64,000 bases of DNA, taken from the NCBI RefSeq assembly GCF_009914755.1, contig NC_060931.1, one strand, 5' to 3'. Shown here one piece after another: positions 29,050-41,362 of this stretch. Under the pieces are notes generated by a model, which had not been told where the DNA came from, made no database searches, and saw only the letters and a program-made list of their open reading frames with translations. Source of the stretch: the human T2T-CHM13v2.0 reference genome, Homo sapiens. How positions within the stretch are numbered: the stretch's first letter is position 1; each line of letters starts with the position of its first letter. Position numbers and translations under genes: made by a program.

Positions 29050-29825
29050 TTTTCACTTTTTATTTTGAAAGAATTTCAAACTTAAAGATTTTTAAAAGAA
29101 AAGTACAAAGAATGCCCTTATGCTACCTGTCTAGATTCACTTATTGTTAGTATTTCACCTCATTTGCTGTATTATTCTCTCTCTAAAGATATCATTGGTT
29201 TTCTGAACCCCTTGAGAGTAACTTCCCCACATAAAGTCCCTTTACCCTTTAATAATTTAGTATGTATTTCCTAAGAGCAAGGACATTCTCTTCCAAAACC
29301 TTGTTACAAGTATTGAAATCAAGGCATTTCACACTGATTTGATTATTGTCAGTTAATCTACAGTCCACAGTCCAGCTTCACCAGTGGTCCCAATAATGTC
29401 CATTATAGCAATTTTGGGGGTTGTTCAGAATCCAATCCAGGATCACACATTGCTGTTGTTATGGTGTTTCTTTATTATCCTTTAATTTAAAATAGTTCCT
29501 CAGCCTTTTCTTGTTTTTCATGACCTTGACATTTTTGAAGAGTACAGGCCAGTCAATTTGCATAATGTCCCTGGGTTTGGACTTGTCTGAGGTTTCTGCT
29601 GGGTTAGGACTGTTGCGCCATGGGGAAGTCTCACATCAGGAAACAAAGATGGGGGTTTGTCTCATTGTTGAAGACATCAGCTTCAATCCCTTGGTTAAAT
29701 TGGCATCTGCCAGATTACTCTGCTGTTATGGTTTTCTTTTCTTTTGTAATTGACAAGTAACCTGTCGGGGAGATACATCGAAACCATGTAAGTGTCTTGC
29801 TATTCAACAACTTCCACCCTCAGAT
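29050..29825 (-). mobile_element. L1MC-type 3' UTR fragment
   Basis: 'tattttgaaagaatttcaaact...tatttcctaagagcaaggacattctc...aatccaatccaggatcacacattgc...ttgacatttttgaagagtacaggccag'. Confidence 0.75.
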
Positions 29826-30354
29826 ATTTTCCCTCAGGTGTTCCTTCACTCAGTCGCCACCCTCTCTCCTCAGCACTTTTCTTTCCTGGGGAATCTGGCA
29901 AAACTCTCTCCTCTGAATGGTTTTGGGGTACACACAGGGCTTCAACACTCTAGGACTTGGTTTCAGCTCCTCTGGGGGGTGGGCAGTGGTCCTGGTTGTC
30001 TCCAATCTACACAGTTCTTCAACTTCTTGGCATACAGCCCCTCTTGCGTTAACAGACCCCATAGCTGACTCTTCAGCATCACAGTTTATTGTTTGGCTGC
30101 CATTTTCTTCCCATCCCCTTCATTTCCATCCTCTTAGGGGGATTCCTCCTCATGCCATGTCTTCTCTTTGCCTGAGTCAGGCTGAAGGCTTGTATCTCCC
30201 TGTGGGCTCTCCGTTAGTCACCTGGGACTCCAGGAATCTGGCTCAGCTTCCTGACCATCTGGCTTTCCCACACCCTGCTCCTAACACAAGTTAACCTTTA
30301 GAGTCTCCTGCCTGGTTTTAGTCTGTGGAACCTATTTTTTGTTCATTTGTTTGT

Positions 30355-30435
30355 CCATCCATCCATCCATCCATCCATCCATCCACCCATCCACCCCTCC
30401 AACTCCCTACGCATCCACTCATCCATCCATCCATC
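30355..30435. repeat. (CCAT)n microsatellite at an L2 tail; antisense L2 continues to ~31200
   Basis: Direct read; L2-like sequence follows. Confidence 0.85.
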
Positions 30436-32043
30436 TAGTCCCTTTATATCCTAGGCACATGCAGAGCAACAGGGGGATAGAAATGACTTAGATGCCATAG
30501 TCATAGGCATTGTGGAGCTTGGAGCTCACAGTCTACAAGGGAGACAGACTTTGGAACAAAAAAGCAAAGCACAATCTACACTGGAGGTTTGTGGAGCAGA
30601 GAGGAGGGAGCATCCAATTCCACTTGCATCCCCAAAACAGTTCATGGTGGAGGGTGCTAGAGCTACTTATTGAAGATTGAATGGGAGTTTGTTGGGAAAA
30701 GAGCCCCTGAACAGAGGGGATGGCATGTGCCAAGACCAGGCTTGAGCAGGCAGAGTCCACTGCAGTGTGAATCCATGCAGGCAGACCTGCTTGAGGTAAG
30801 AATGGACAGAGACCCTGGAGACAGCTCCTTAGAGTCCTTTCCTGTCACACAGAGTAGTGCTGACATTATCCTTTAGGCTAAATGGAACCCAGATTTAGCA
30901 GAGGAGTGATAGGCACCATATAGCTTGATTTTTAGCTTGGTGCTTCTGGCCAGTGACGGAGGACATTCTGAGTGGGGAGATATGGGGATCTGACACAGAT
31001 GGGGCCCCAGGTGAGAAGCAGCAAGGGCCCCCATGGTGACAGTGAACGCCAGGATGAGGGGAACTTGGAGACATTTCTAGCTTAGAATCAACAGGTCTTG
31101 GTGACTAATTTGATGTGGGATAAGGGAAAAGGGTATCTGTGGTGATCCCTCCCAGATTTCTCTCTAGAGTGAGTGGATAGTAGGTTATCTTCTAGAGATG
31201 GGGGAGTACAAACAAGGAACAGGTTTAGGGTAGAGAAGTGATGAGTCCAGTCATGCTGCCTGGCTCCCTCAGCAATCATGGTGCATCCTAGCAGCTCTGT
31301 TTGCCTGGAATGTGTGCCTCACATTTATTGTCTGCCAAATACCCCGGCTTCTTCCTGAAACAATCTCCTAAAATCATAAAGATGATGACCTGAGCTCGGT
31401 GAAAATAAGAAGCTGATCACTCTGCTCTGAAGATTACAGAACTGCCTAGACACAAATATGCTGGATCCTCTCTCTACCTTGACGTGGTGCGACAGAAGGA
31501 AAGTCAGACTTGGACCCCAGCCCAGGCACTTAGAAAAAAACAGAAGAAACTTATTACCACAAGCTTCAACCTGGAAGACGGCCCCACAGCAGGGCTCCCC
31601 AAAACAGAGAGTGAGCACAGTTTCAGGTCATATACACCCCAAAGTATGTATACACGGGAGCTTAATTATTACCTCCATCTCTCCTACAACATCAAATCTC
31701 TGCAAGACTTTACTGGAAAATGGTGGGGTTCCAGGCTCTCAGTTCTCTAGACCTGCGGAGAGTGTTCCCCCAGCCCTGTGGCCCCCTTCCTGTCTGTTGT
31801 GCTGACACAGGTGCATAGGCATTGCTTTCTCTACACATTTCTGGGTTTGTATAGCTCACTGATGCGTGGAACTTTTAGCAGGAAAAGGACGCGTAGTGGA
31901 GAGGAAATTCTGATTTCCCCCAAGAAGTGCCATCTTCCCTCAGTGTTTTCCTCTCAAGGAAGGGCTTGTGGGGAAGGGAGATCACATTATCCGCTATTGC
32001 TTGGTATCCATGCATACCACCTGTGGGAGGCCTTATCCTTCCC

Positions 32044-32255
32044 TGCTCTGTCCAGTGCCTTAGCCATTGGCCACATGCAGCTCTCGAGTTTACATTTTAA
32101 TTAACTAAAATTCAATAAAGTTAAAAATTCAGTTTCTCAGTGGCACTAGCCACATTGTAAGTGTTCCATGGCCACATGTGGCTAGTGGCTATGTATTGGA
32201 CAGCGTAGACAGGGAATATTTCTGTCATCACAGAGAGTTCTACTGGACAGCACTG
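32044..32255 (-). mobile_element. MER3 DNA transposon
   Basis: 'ctgtccagt...tagcca...ccacatg...aaaaattcagtttctcagtggcactagccacatt...ttctactggacagcactg' is antisense MER3. Confidence 0.88.
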
Positions 32256-33267
32256 TTTTATCACAACACCCCCAGATATTACTTGAAAGCTATAGGACCC
32301 AGGATCCTTCTACTCTCAAGTTGTGCTTCTTAGAGGCTGGAAATCCACCAGAGACCTTAGGTTAGGAAGAGGGCAGGAAGGCCACAACCCCCAGGGACCT
32401 CATGGGTGCTATATAGGGACTGGGCAAGGAGCCAGGGGCACTCAGTCTCATGGAGCTAAAATAGGAAAAGTGACCCCCTGAGGTAGCTCCCTGCAGCGTG
32501 GGTTCCAGCAGCTTTCTCCAGCACAGAAAGTGCCGCCAGAGTTTGGGAATGTACAGGTGGCCTAGCCAGCCCTCTGGCTCACTATTGAGGCTGGTCTCCT
32601 AGCATAGGGGCACCTGCTTGCCAAGCCCTTCCCCCCTGCTCTGTGGTCTCTGAAAAGCCGCCATTGAGAGAAGCACAGCAGTCACTGACTCACTACGGTC
32701 AAATCACTGCCAGGCTTTGGTTTCTCTACCTTTAAAATACATTCCACAAGCTGAATTGAGTCTAGATACAGCATGAATACCACTTTGGGGACAGGCCACT
32801 GAGGTGAATTGGGTGGCAATTTGGTATGGGAAAGTCTCCATGAAGGGACCTGTCTGTGGCCTCCCTGGATGGAGGGTGGAGTGGTCCACTGCCTGCACTT
32901 TCTCTCCATCTTTCCTTCTCCTATGAAGGTTTAACGGTGGACAGAGGAGCCTGTGTCTCCCCTCACTGTCCTTCGGTCTCCTTGGCAACAGTCATGCCCC
33001 TTCAGTGAGCCCCTCTCCCAGGTCTTTTGTGGCTAGACTTTCTTGGCAGAAAGCCATGAGTGAGACGTGGAAATGCGGAAGAAATACAACCCACAGCCAA
33101 AGGCCTCCTTGTTTTTCTGCAGCTAGAGGGATGCTGAAGAAGGCTGCTACATTTGTGAACTTCTCCTTCCTTCTGGGCAGCCCACAGTATTCTGGGCACT
33201 CCATTGCGTTAGTCAATGTGATTTTGTTGGTGGTGGTGTTCTTCCTCTTTCTGAGAGAAGAGAAGAA

Positions 33268-33432
33268 TTTTTTTTTTTTTTTTTTTAACGGAGTCTTGCT
33301 TTGTCACCCAGGCTGGAGTGTAGTGGTATGATCTTGGCTCACTGCAACCTCTGCCTCCCTGGTTCAAGCTAATTCTCACACCTCAGCCTCCTGTGTAGCT
33401 GGGATTACAGGCACCCGCCACCACACCCAGCT

Positions 33433-33470
<38 letters not shown>

Positions 33471-33587
33471 TAGAGACGGGGTTTTGCCATGTTGGCCAGG
33501 CTAGTCCCAAACTCCTGCCCTCAAGTGATCTGCCCGCCTTGGCCTCCCAAAGTGCTGGGATTATAGGCATGAGCCATGGTGCCTGGC
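33268..33587 (-). mobile_element. AluS with expanded central poly(A) linker
   Basis: Full Alu antisense; the central linker is an uninterrupted T run at ~33435-33468. Confidence 0.95.
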
Positions 33588-33899
33588 AAGAAATGGGTCT
33601 TATTCACTGCCAGGCCCATACTTGCAGGCCTCCTTATGCCCTCTCTTTCACCTTCACCAACTCAGAACCTTTTAATTGGGCAAAAAAAATGTACACTGGA
33701 CAGTAGAGTCAGTAAGGCAGAGAACAGGCCAATGTTCATGACAACTGAGAAAGGCAGAATATTCATGGCAGAGTAAGGCAAGAGTGAGGCCTTCAAGCAG
33801 GAGAAATTGGCAGCTACTGACAGTGAAAATTTCTTTTCTTTAGAACAAAACACATATGTTTCTATTGGACTACCTGATACAGAAGATAGTGTAGTATGG

Positions 33900-36231
33900 A
33901 TGGATAGTGTGAATGACAAATAATGTAAACATATTGTATTTGAAATAAACAAAAATGCTTACACAGCTCGATGGGTTACTTGGAAACAAACTCTGGCTTG
34001 ACTGTATTACTGAGCAAAAGTGAAGTTGAAACAAAAATACCCTTCTTTTTTGACATGCATTTGGAGATAGGTAGGAAGACACTACTTGTTTTTTTTTTTC
34101 TTAAACTGACTTTCCCTTAAGGCTTGGTCATAGAGGTGTAAACAATGTAAATGAATTCACCATTGCCAATTGTTATATCATATCTATGTTACTTGTGTAT
34201 TCTGAGATCATACATGTACCTGCCAAAATACCTGGGAAGGGTTGCTGTATCACAGTTACATTTGAGTTCTTGGCAGGCAGGACTGAGGAAGAGTAATTTA
34301 GAACGTTTTACATCCTATTTGAAAGAAATCACTAGTATTCCCTTAAACAACAGGTTACAATAGGAAGATACTACCTGGAAGCTACCCTTTTCACTTTGGT
34401 TAATTTTTATTTTTTGTTCATGATTTACATAGTTGTTTGATTATTTTGCTTATGGTACAATCCTGCCACAAAGCATTAAAGCAGAAGATATCCATTTTCC
34501 CTTCAACATCTGGATTTTTCAAGTTTTATACTTCTACATCCACAGTATGTCAGCAGTTCTTGAGCTTTAAAAAAATAATAAGTGAATAAAACTCTTCTAA
34601 GAGTGCAGACGTCTATAACTACAATGGTACTAGATGGGAAGGAAAGAAAGCAGAGGGGAAGAAAGCAGACATTTCTGTTTGCAGGGAAGGTGGTTCAAGT
34701 CTTTGGATTTAAAAACAAGTTTCCCAGAGAAGCTGGCTATAATAGATTTTCCAGAAAACTTCCTTTGCCCTCCAAAAAGGACCTGAAAAGCCCCAATCCA
34801 AACTTTGGGAAACAACAGTTATGAGATGCTATAAATGAAGATGAAAGCAGAAGGAGAAGGATGAATGTGTCTTCCATTTAGCTACAGCTTGTAGCAATAC
34901 TTCTTTAGCTGTTGGTGGAGCAGTGGAAACCTCTGAAGTCCCAGAAGTTCTTGGAAGAATAGCAGTAGAAAAGTAATGAACATCACACCTTGTCTAAATC
35001 AGTAACAGGGCTTCACGGCTAGGAAAATTTTTTAAACAATAAATGACTCTAGATTAGATGTCTCTTTCCAACATTAAATGTAGCAGAATTAACAACAACA
35101 ACAAAAGATCCACACATGGATATAGGGATAACAGAAAATTACAAGGCAGAGAAAAGAATCAAGACAATGCTAGAGGTTCAACAGTATTCCACGAGGCTAG
35201 AAAATCCATTAACTTTGAAAGCCCTAGCAAAATATCACTCTTGTTTATAAATCACTTATTTATCACACGACCACACGTCAAATCTTTGTCTTTCCACATA
35301 CACAAGAATCCTACATTCAGCCTTTAAGTCTTCTGCATTTCTTTGCCAGTCTTGTAGCTGAGTATCTTGTTCCCATCAATTTTGGTGCAGGTAACTGGTA
35401 GTTGCCGGTGCAAGGCCTTGAATGTGGCATCTGACATTGTTTGATAGTTTTTACTAATTGCTGTTTGATACTCCTTTCCTGCATTCTCTGATTTTAATAA
35501 ACTCCTTTACAGTTTGGAATTCATTCAAACCAGTTAGTGAATCCTGTACAACTTTAGGACTGACCAATGGCGCATTGCCCTCTTCATAATAATGAACTTG
35601 AATTTTAAGCACTTCAGCTACCTGGGCTGTAGGTTGTTTGATGGTGGACTTCTGCTGTTATCTCCAATCATTCCAGAAGTTTTTAGGCTGGAACTGGTGG
35701 CTTTCAATACATGCAATAACAGTCTGTTTTAGCATAAACAATACAGAAGCCTTGGCCATTGGAATAATGATCTTTCACATAGGTTTTTTTTTTTTTTTTT
35801 TGAAGCAGGGTCTCACTCCTGTAGCCCAGGGTGGAGTGCAGTGGCTTACCGCAGCATCAACCTTGTGGGTAGCTGGGACCATAGGCGTGCACCACCACAC
35901 CTGGCTAATTTTTGTATTTTTTAAAGTAGGGGCGAGGTTTTGCCATGTTGTCCAGGCTGGTCTTGAACTCCTGGGCTCAAGCGACCCTCCCGCCTTAGCC
36001 TCCCAAAGTGCTGGGATTATAGGCATGAGCCAATGTGTCTGGCCTGCATAGGCTCTTAAAGCACTGTCACAGAATTCTCTCCTGGACTTCAGACCTCCAT
36101 CTACTTTCTCTGCCTGGGGGCCACTTGCTTCTTTCTGATCTTCATATCCTTCTATCTTCACAGGCGTGAATGGATTCATGTTACAGTGGGCAAATGCATG
36201 TGCTGCTCCTTCCCTGAAGATTGTCATTATT
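33900..36231 (-). pseudogene. CAPZA1: CAPZA1 processed pseudogene, main piece (codons ~41-286 plus long 3' UTR), Alu-interrupted; UTR-like sequence may extend to ~33650
   Basis: Intronless; translates [56 protein letters not shown]...[14 protein letters not shown]...[12 protein letters not shown]...[29 protein letters not shown]; stop at 35324-35326 followed by CAPZA1-type UTR aggctgaatgtaggattc; frameshifts and deletions present. Confidence 0.93.
35784..36044 (-). mobile_element. AluJ (internally deleted) inserted in the CAPZA1 retrocopy
   Basis: J-type 'ctcctgggctcaagcgaccctcccgcc'; TSD catagg at 35778-35783 and 36047-36052, splitting LRAY|VKDH. Confidence 0.93.
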
Positions 36232-36525
36232 TCCAGTAAAATTGAGACATAAGAAAAGTTTGTCTTTAGTGCACCAAGGTTCTTCTGTATAAATCTGTTC
36301 AACTCTTCAGCAATAAGCTCATCCCAGGAAATTGTCCCCTGCCCCATTTTCTATATTCTATTTTGTGCTCAAGAAAAGGGGCTACTCCTAAATAGGGATG
36401 GTTGAATTGCAGTGACTTTTATAGACATATAGCCAAAAGAATGAATCTCTCATAATGGAATTCCAGATTTTATCAGCCTGAGATGGTATAATTTTAGATT
36501 ACACAGATATTCCTAAAATTTCACT

Positions 36526-36768
36526 GGGTAGAGAGCAGCCCAAGCTGGCTGAATTTGAGGACTGGGTGCTGGGTGAGGAGAAGGTATGCATAGTTGCTGA
36601 ATTCATCACTCATGCACTCCCCAGGGGAAAAGATCAGGTCTTAATTACAGAACACAGTAACCTGGCTAATAGCAGATTTTTAGACCCAAGAAACAACATT
36701 TTATTTAAATTTGATCACTTACAGAAAGAAGCAAGTGCCCCCCAGCCAGAGGAAGTAGGTGGAGGTCT
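36526..36768 (+). pseudogene. CAPZA1: CAPZA1 retrocopy 5' piece in inverted orientation (5' UTR end, codons 1-28 fused to ~72-117)
   Basis: 'cagcccaag' then start codon mutated to CTG (36545); [25 protein letters not shown] / [46 protein letters not shown]. Confidence 0.92.
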
Positions 36769-37069
36769 ACTTGGAATTTTACTTCTACACCAAGTCAGTG
36801 TTCTAGATTGAGTTTCTTTAGTTTGTGATGCAACCAAAGTCAAGACTTTACTCTTTAATGTCTTAATTTCTCACATTCCCAACTATCAAAGTCATAGTCA
36901 GGCATAAAATCAGAACTGGACCTCAGAAACATTGGGATGCCTATGTTCTTTTTCTGTTAGACCACTCGCATTGCTTACAGGCAGTCTAGTTAGCCTGTTC
37001 CAAGGGCAGACCCTGCACACCCTGTTCCCAACATTTAATTGACAAAATCCACAAAGCACACCTATTACA

Positions 37070-37650
37070 GGCAAAACTCTATCATTTAGAAAGCTTTCAG
37101 CTACAAGGAGCAGAAAACTGAAATAAATGTACATTAAGTGATAAAAATATTAAAGTTACATGGCCAGAATCCTGGAAGTAGGTAGGGTGGGACCAGGTTG
37201 GTTAATGTCTATCTAATCACCTCATCAAGAACACCATCATTGTTCACTGTCAGCTTCAACCTGTTGGTGTTGTCTCTTGCGGTCACAAGGTGGCTGCCAT
37301 AGTTCTAGGTGTCCCATGCGGACATGACACTAATCCAACTGAAGCGAAGGAACCATTTCCTCCCCTGAGTTTCTTTCTATCGATTGGAAATCTTTTCTGT
37401 AGAAACCATCCCATCATTTCTCTTACATATCATTGATCAAGATGAGGTCTCATGACTGTTCTTAAAGCAATGGTAGGAAAGAGAATGGGACCACCGTAGA
37501 CCAATCAATATCCATGCCTCACCCTCCTGGGAAGTGGCTAGAGATAAAGTCACCCGTCCTCAGCAGAAGGCCTCAGAGGAAAGTGTCAATATGGAAACAA
37601 AATTGGTTTCTACTGGCCAGGAAGAGGGCAATAGATTCGTGTGGGCAACA
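37070..37650 (-). mobile_element. Old MLT1 (K/L-like) LTR remnant
   Basis: 'ggtcacaaggtggctgcca...tctcttacatatcattg...ggaaagagaatggga' motifs. Confidence 0.55.
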
Positions 37651-38422
37651 AACAAACAGTACTTGTTACATCAGGCACAGTCATAAAGGTAGGGAGCAAA
37701 ACAGATTTCAGGTCTGTTAGAACCTCCTATCAAGCTAAGAAACCTACAATCATTATAGCAACTGAAGGACCCAGTGTGTCCCGGAAACACTTGAATCCCC
37801 AGTGGGTGCAGCATAGAGGCAGCTAAGTGGAGTGGCCTAGGGCAGTGATCAGGGAAGGACCTCTGGTAGAAATCTACTTCAAGCTGGACTCTGGCGATCA
37901 CGTGAGCCAGACATGGGTTGGTAGGAAGAAGGAGCAGCTATTCCTAGTGGAATAGCAATAGGCTCCAAGGCTAGAGTGCGAGAGTTAGTCCTCCCATGCC
38001 TGTGGACATGGGGATGGCATTTTGGTCTCATTTGAGATGTGACCATGAGATCCATGATGGCAGAGACTGAGTCTCTCTCATTTACACTTGGATCCCTGAT
38101 GCCCAGAACAACCTGGAGTAATATGGTGATGTTTGTTGTGGGATTAGATTAACGATTACCTTGAAAGATGAAAAAGTGGGAAGGAAGCAGGAATAACAGC
38201 AGGTGTAGGGCATTCCCATGCTTCTTTTAGTGGAACCATTAGAATCCCTGGGACCAGGGGAACACCTCTTCAACTCGTCCAGGCTTCTCCACAAAGGAAG
38301 TGACTTCAACAATTAAAAGTCCCATCCAGACAGAGATCTTTGTGCTTTTCTTTGTTCCAGCTAAATTTCAAGCTGAGCTCAGGAAGTTTGGTGTCAGATT
38401 GTATCCTGGGGAAATGAATTTT

Positions 38423-38614
38423 CCCTTTTTCCATGAGTCATTGCCATCAATTGCTGGGTGGCTTATATAAATGAATACTAGAGGAGGCAGAAATGTGATG
38501 GCTCTTGGGAGACTTCACCCTTTTTCCATGAGTCATTGCCATGAATTGCTGGGTGGCTTATATAAATGAATACTAGAGGAGGCAGAAATGTGATGACTCT
38601 TGGGAGACTTCACC
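38423..38614. repeat. 95-bp direct tandem duplication (2 mismatches)
   Basis: Copies at 38423-38517 and 38518-38612 with cc microhomology. Confidence 0.97.
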
Positions 38615-38679
38615 ACATGATGTCTACTTTGCCATTGGAGTTAGGCACTATCCCAGCCAGACCTGACTCAGAGTGAGAA

Positions 38680-38859
38680 GCATAGATAATTTACAAGGCC
38701 AGTGCTAAATGAAAACGTGGGGCCCCTTGTTAAAAAGTATTGAACAATTCTAGACAGGGACAGCATTAAACCAAGCGGGGCCTTTCTAACCACAGGGCAC
38801 CAGCTAGCATGGGACAGCTGCGTAGGGGTGCAGGTGGCCCACCTGTGAATCCAGCCCTG
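38680..38859 (+). mobile_element. MER45A-like DNA transposon
   Basis: 'aatgaaaacgtggggccccttgttaaaaa...cagcattaaaccaagcgggg...gaatccagccctg'. Confidence 0.75.
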
Positions 38860-39630
38860 GAGAAAAGCATCCACAACCAATTGAATCAAAGAAGGAGAGT
38901 TTCCTGGGGCTATTTGGCTATAGTGCTTTGTTTCTTTTCAGATCTCTCAATTTATAAGTGTATAACAACAGTATTATGCTGGTGAAAGTTACCATTTTAT
39001 GGATCACTGGGGCTGGCTCCTTTCAGAGGAATGAGGTAAATAACAGGGTGCTTAAACGCAATTAGTTGAAGCAACAAAAAGAACAAAGAGAACAACAAGA
39101 AAGCTATTATGCAAATGTGTGGCCATTCGCTGCCATTCTGCCTTGGGGAGTTTTGTGGTAGATTCAGGAGTTTCTGCCTGTTTGAATTATTAGTCCTCCT
39201 TATATTTAACATCAAGCTTCAGTACAATTATTTATGTTGCTTTTTTTTTTTTTCTTCCCCTCAGCACATTAGCAATTGGCCTCTCTCATCTGGTCTTAAC
39301 GTGGGCTTAACTGCTGCCTTGACTGAAAACAATAGCAATGAAGGCAAAGCAAGCGCAGACCCTGCAGTAGGCCGGCCAGACAGAAGGTTCTGCTCTGCAG
39401 GGGTCCCGGAAAAGAGGAGGCAGATAGGTGCCTTCCCCAAGGGTCCTAGGCTGCTGTCTGTGGGGTTGTGAACCACGAAATTTTCTAGTTCCTTTCAGAA
39501 ATGACCTGGTCAGACATAATGGAACTGGGTATCCCCAGCCCTTTCAAAAAAAAAATCCTACTAAAGACCCAACCAATGTATTTCAGATCACATTTGTGCC
39601 TACATTAAGTACACTAAATTATACACAAAA

Positions 39631-39823
39631 TGTTACTGGAAAGTCCCCAAGAGATGATTCTTGGATCTCATGCAAGAAAGATTTTGGGGTGAGTCCACAG
39701 AATAAAGTGAAAGCGAGTTTATTGGAGAAGTAAAGAAACAAAGGAATGGCTACTCCATGGGCAGGGCAGGGCGTTCCCAAAAGCAAGAGAGCAAGGGGAG
39801 GAGTGTTCCTATCTTAGGTGCAA

Positions 39824-39826
<3 letters not shown>
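39631..39826 (-). mobile_element. MER4-group (MER41/66-like) ERV1 LTR terminal fragment followed by a long T run
   Basis: 'tgttactggaaag...ccccaagaga...ttcttggatctcatgcaagaaaga...gagtccacag...aaagtgaaagcgagtttatt...gaatggctactccat'. Confidence 0.75.
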
Positions 39827-39860
<34 letters not shown>

Positions 39861-41362
39861 GTTGTCTTGCCCTGGGCTGGGCTGTGTGGGGAGGCCATGG
39901 AAAGCAGCCTGGACTACAGTCATAAGCTGAGTCATAAGCTGAGGACTTGGCTCACAAACAAGCCCTACATGAGACCCTGCTGGTGGGGGTCGGGGGTGGG
40001 TCCTGTTATCCCCTTCTCTGCCCCCTGCCTTCTCTGCAGGAATGCTGGCTGATGGCCCCTGCCTCATCTCCAGGCCCCCATGTCTTCAAGATGCTTGTTT
40101 ACCCAGTTGCCACAGCCTCCCCAGGAACTCGTGGGAGCAAGCTCTGCATGGCTGACAGCCCCATTTAGAAGAGGGCGCTGTGGAATGAATGGTCCCCCCT
40201 GCAGCTCAGCCTCATCTCCTTAATGGATCCTAATTACCCCTGTCCTGCTTATAGCTTCTCTCCAGGACCCACTTGTCAGGATGATGGATGAGGTGACTGG
40301 GAGGTGGGGCCAGCTGGGACTGGAGGAATCCCCCCACTGTCTAGTAGGGCGGGGACGCAGGAACTTTCAGTCAGTCCCAAAGATTCTGAGGAAGAGAAGA
40401 CAACATTGCAGGATGAGCTCTTCTCCCCTTTTGTCCCCAAAACTTGGGCCAGGTGAGTTTTTGCTTAGGAGGAAGGTGATGGGGAATCTGGATGAGGAGA
40501 ACTGGCTATTCTGGTGTGTAACCTGGGGAGTACATGATAAGGGGAGGAGAGGCAGCCCTGCTCAGGACTCCAAGGCAGGACCCAGAGCTGTATTTTAGGA
40601 CCCCAGCACTAGGCCTATCAGAAGGCCACATCTGCTTTGAGAAGGCCGGCAGTCACCAGGCACATAGTCTCCAGCTGATCCATGTCTTCATGGACACACT
40701 CCCAGCGGGGACTCAGTAAATGAACTGCAAATCATCTGGGGTCCCAGACACAGACCTTTGACCCTATGATCACCAGTAGCAGATGCTGGCTTGACTGTGA
40801 TTCTCTGTTTCTGCAGATTAATCAGATAAGGGAGAAGGAATACCAGGGTTCTGCTTTTAAGTCACATCTACTCAGAACAAAGGAGTGAAACCTTCCCCTC
40901 CTCTGCTACGAATATAGTCTCACATGCTCTAGGAATTAACAATCACAGTCTAACTTGTGAGTTACTATTTTGTGCACTTGTTCTGTGCCATGTGCACTGT
41001 AAGCTACTTGTGCACGGCAGGTATCTTACTCATCTTTTCCATCTGTGTTCCCTCGGCGGTGTCCACTGTAGGGGCACCGTGCAGTTGTACAAGAGGGTAG
41101 GCGGAGCAAACCCAGGAGTAGACTGGAACCTCTCTTTACATCTGGGATGCTAGCCCCAGGTTTCCATGGAGGGAGTAAAACTTCTTTTCCCCAGAGATGG
41201 TAGTTTGAGAAGTATGTGGCCACCTTCTTTCTCCATATGCCTCTGGAGCCACCTGCCTTGCTGCTGAGCACAAGAAGAGGCTTTGTGCCTTCTGGGCTTT
41301 CTCTTTCAGGGCGGGTTGCTCTTCCTGTGTGTGGTAAATGTGGGAGGCATTTGTGTGCCCAC

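Noticed and set aside
35775-36347. 190-aa minus ORF as a functional CAPZA retrogene
   Set aside because: It is a chimera of filler, a deleted CAPZA1 fragment and Alu sequence; the rest of the copy is frameshifted and the original ATG is mutated to CTG
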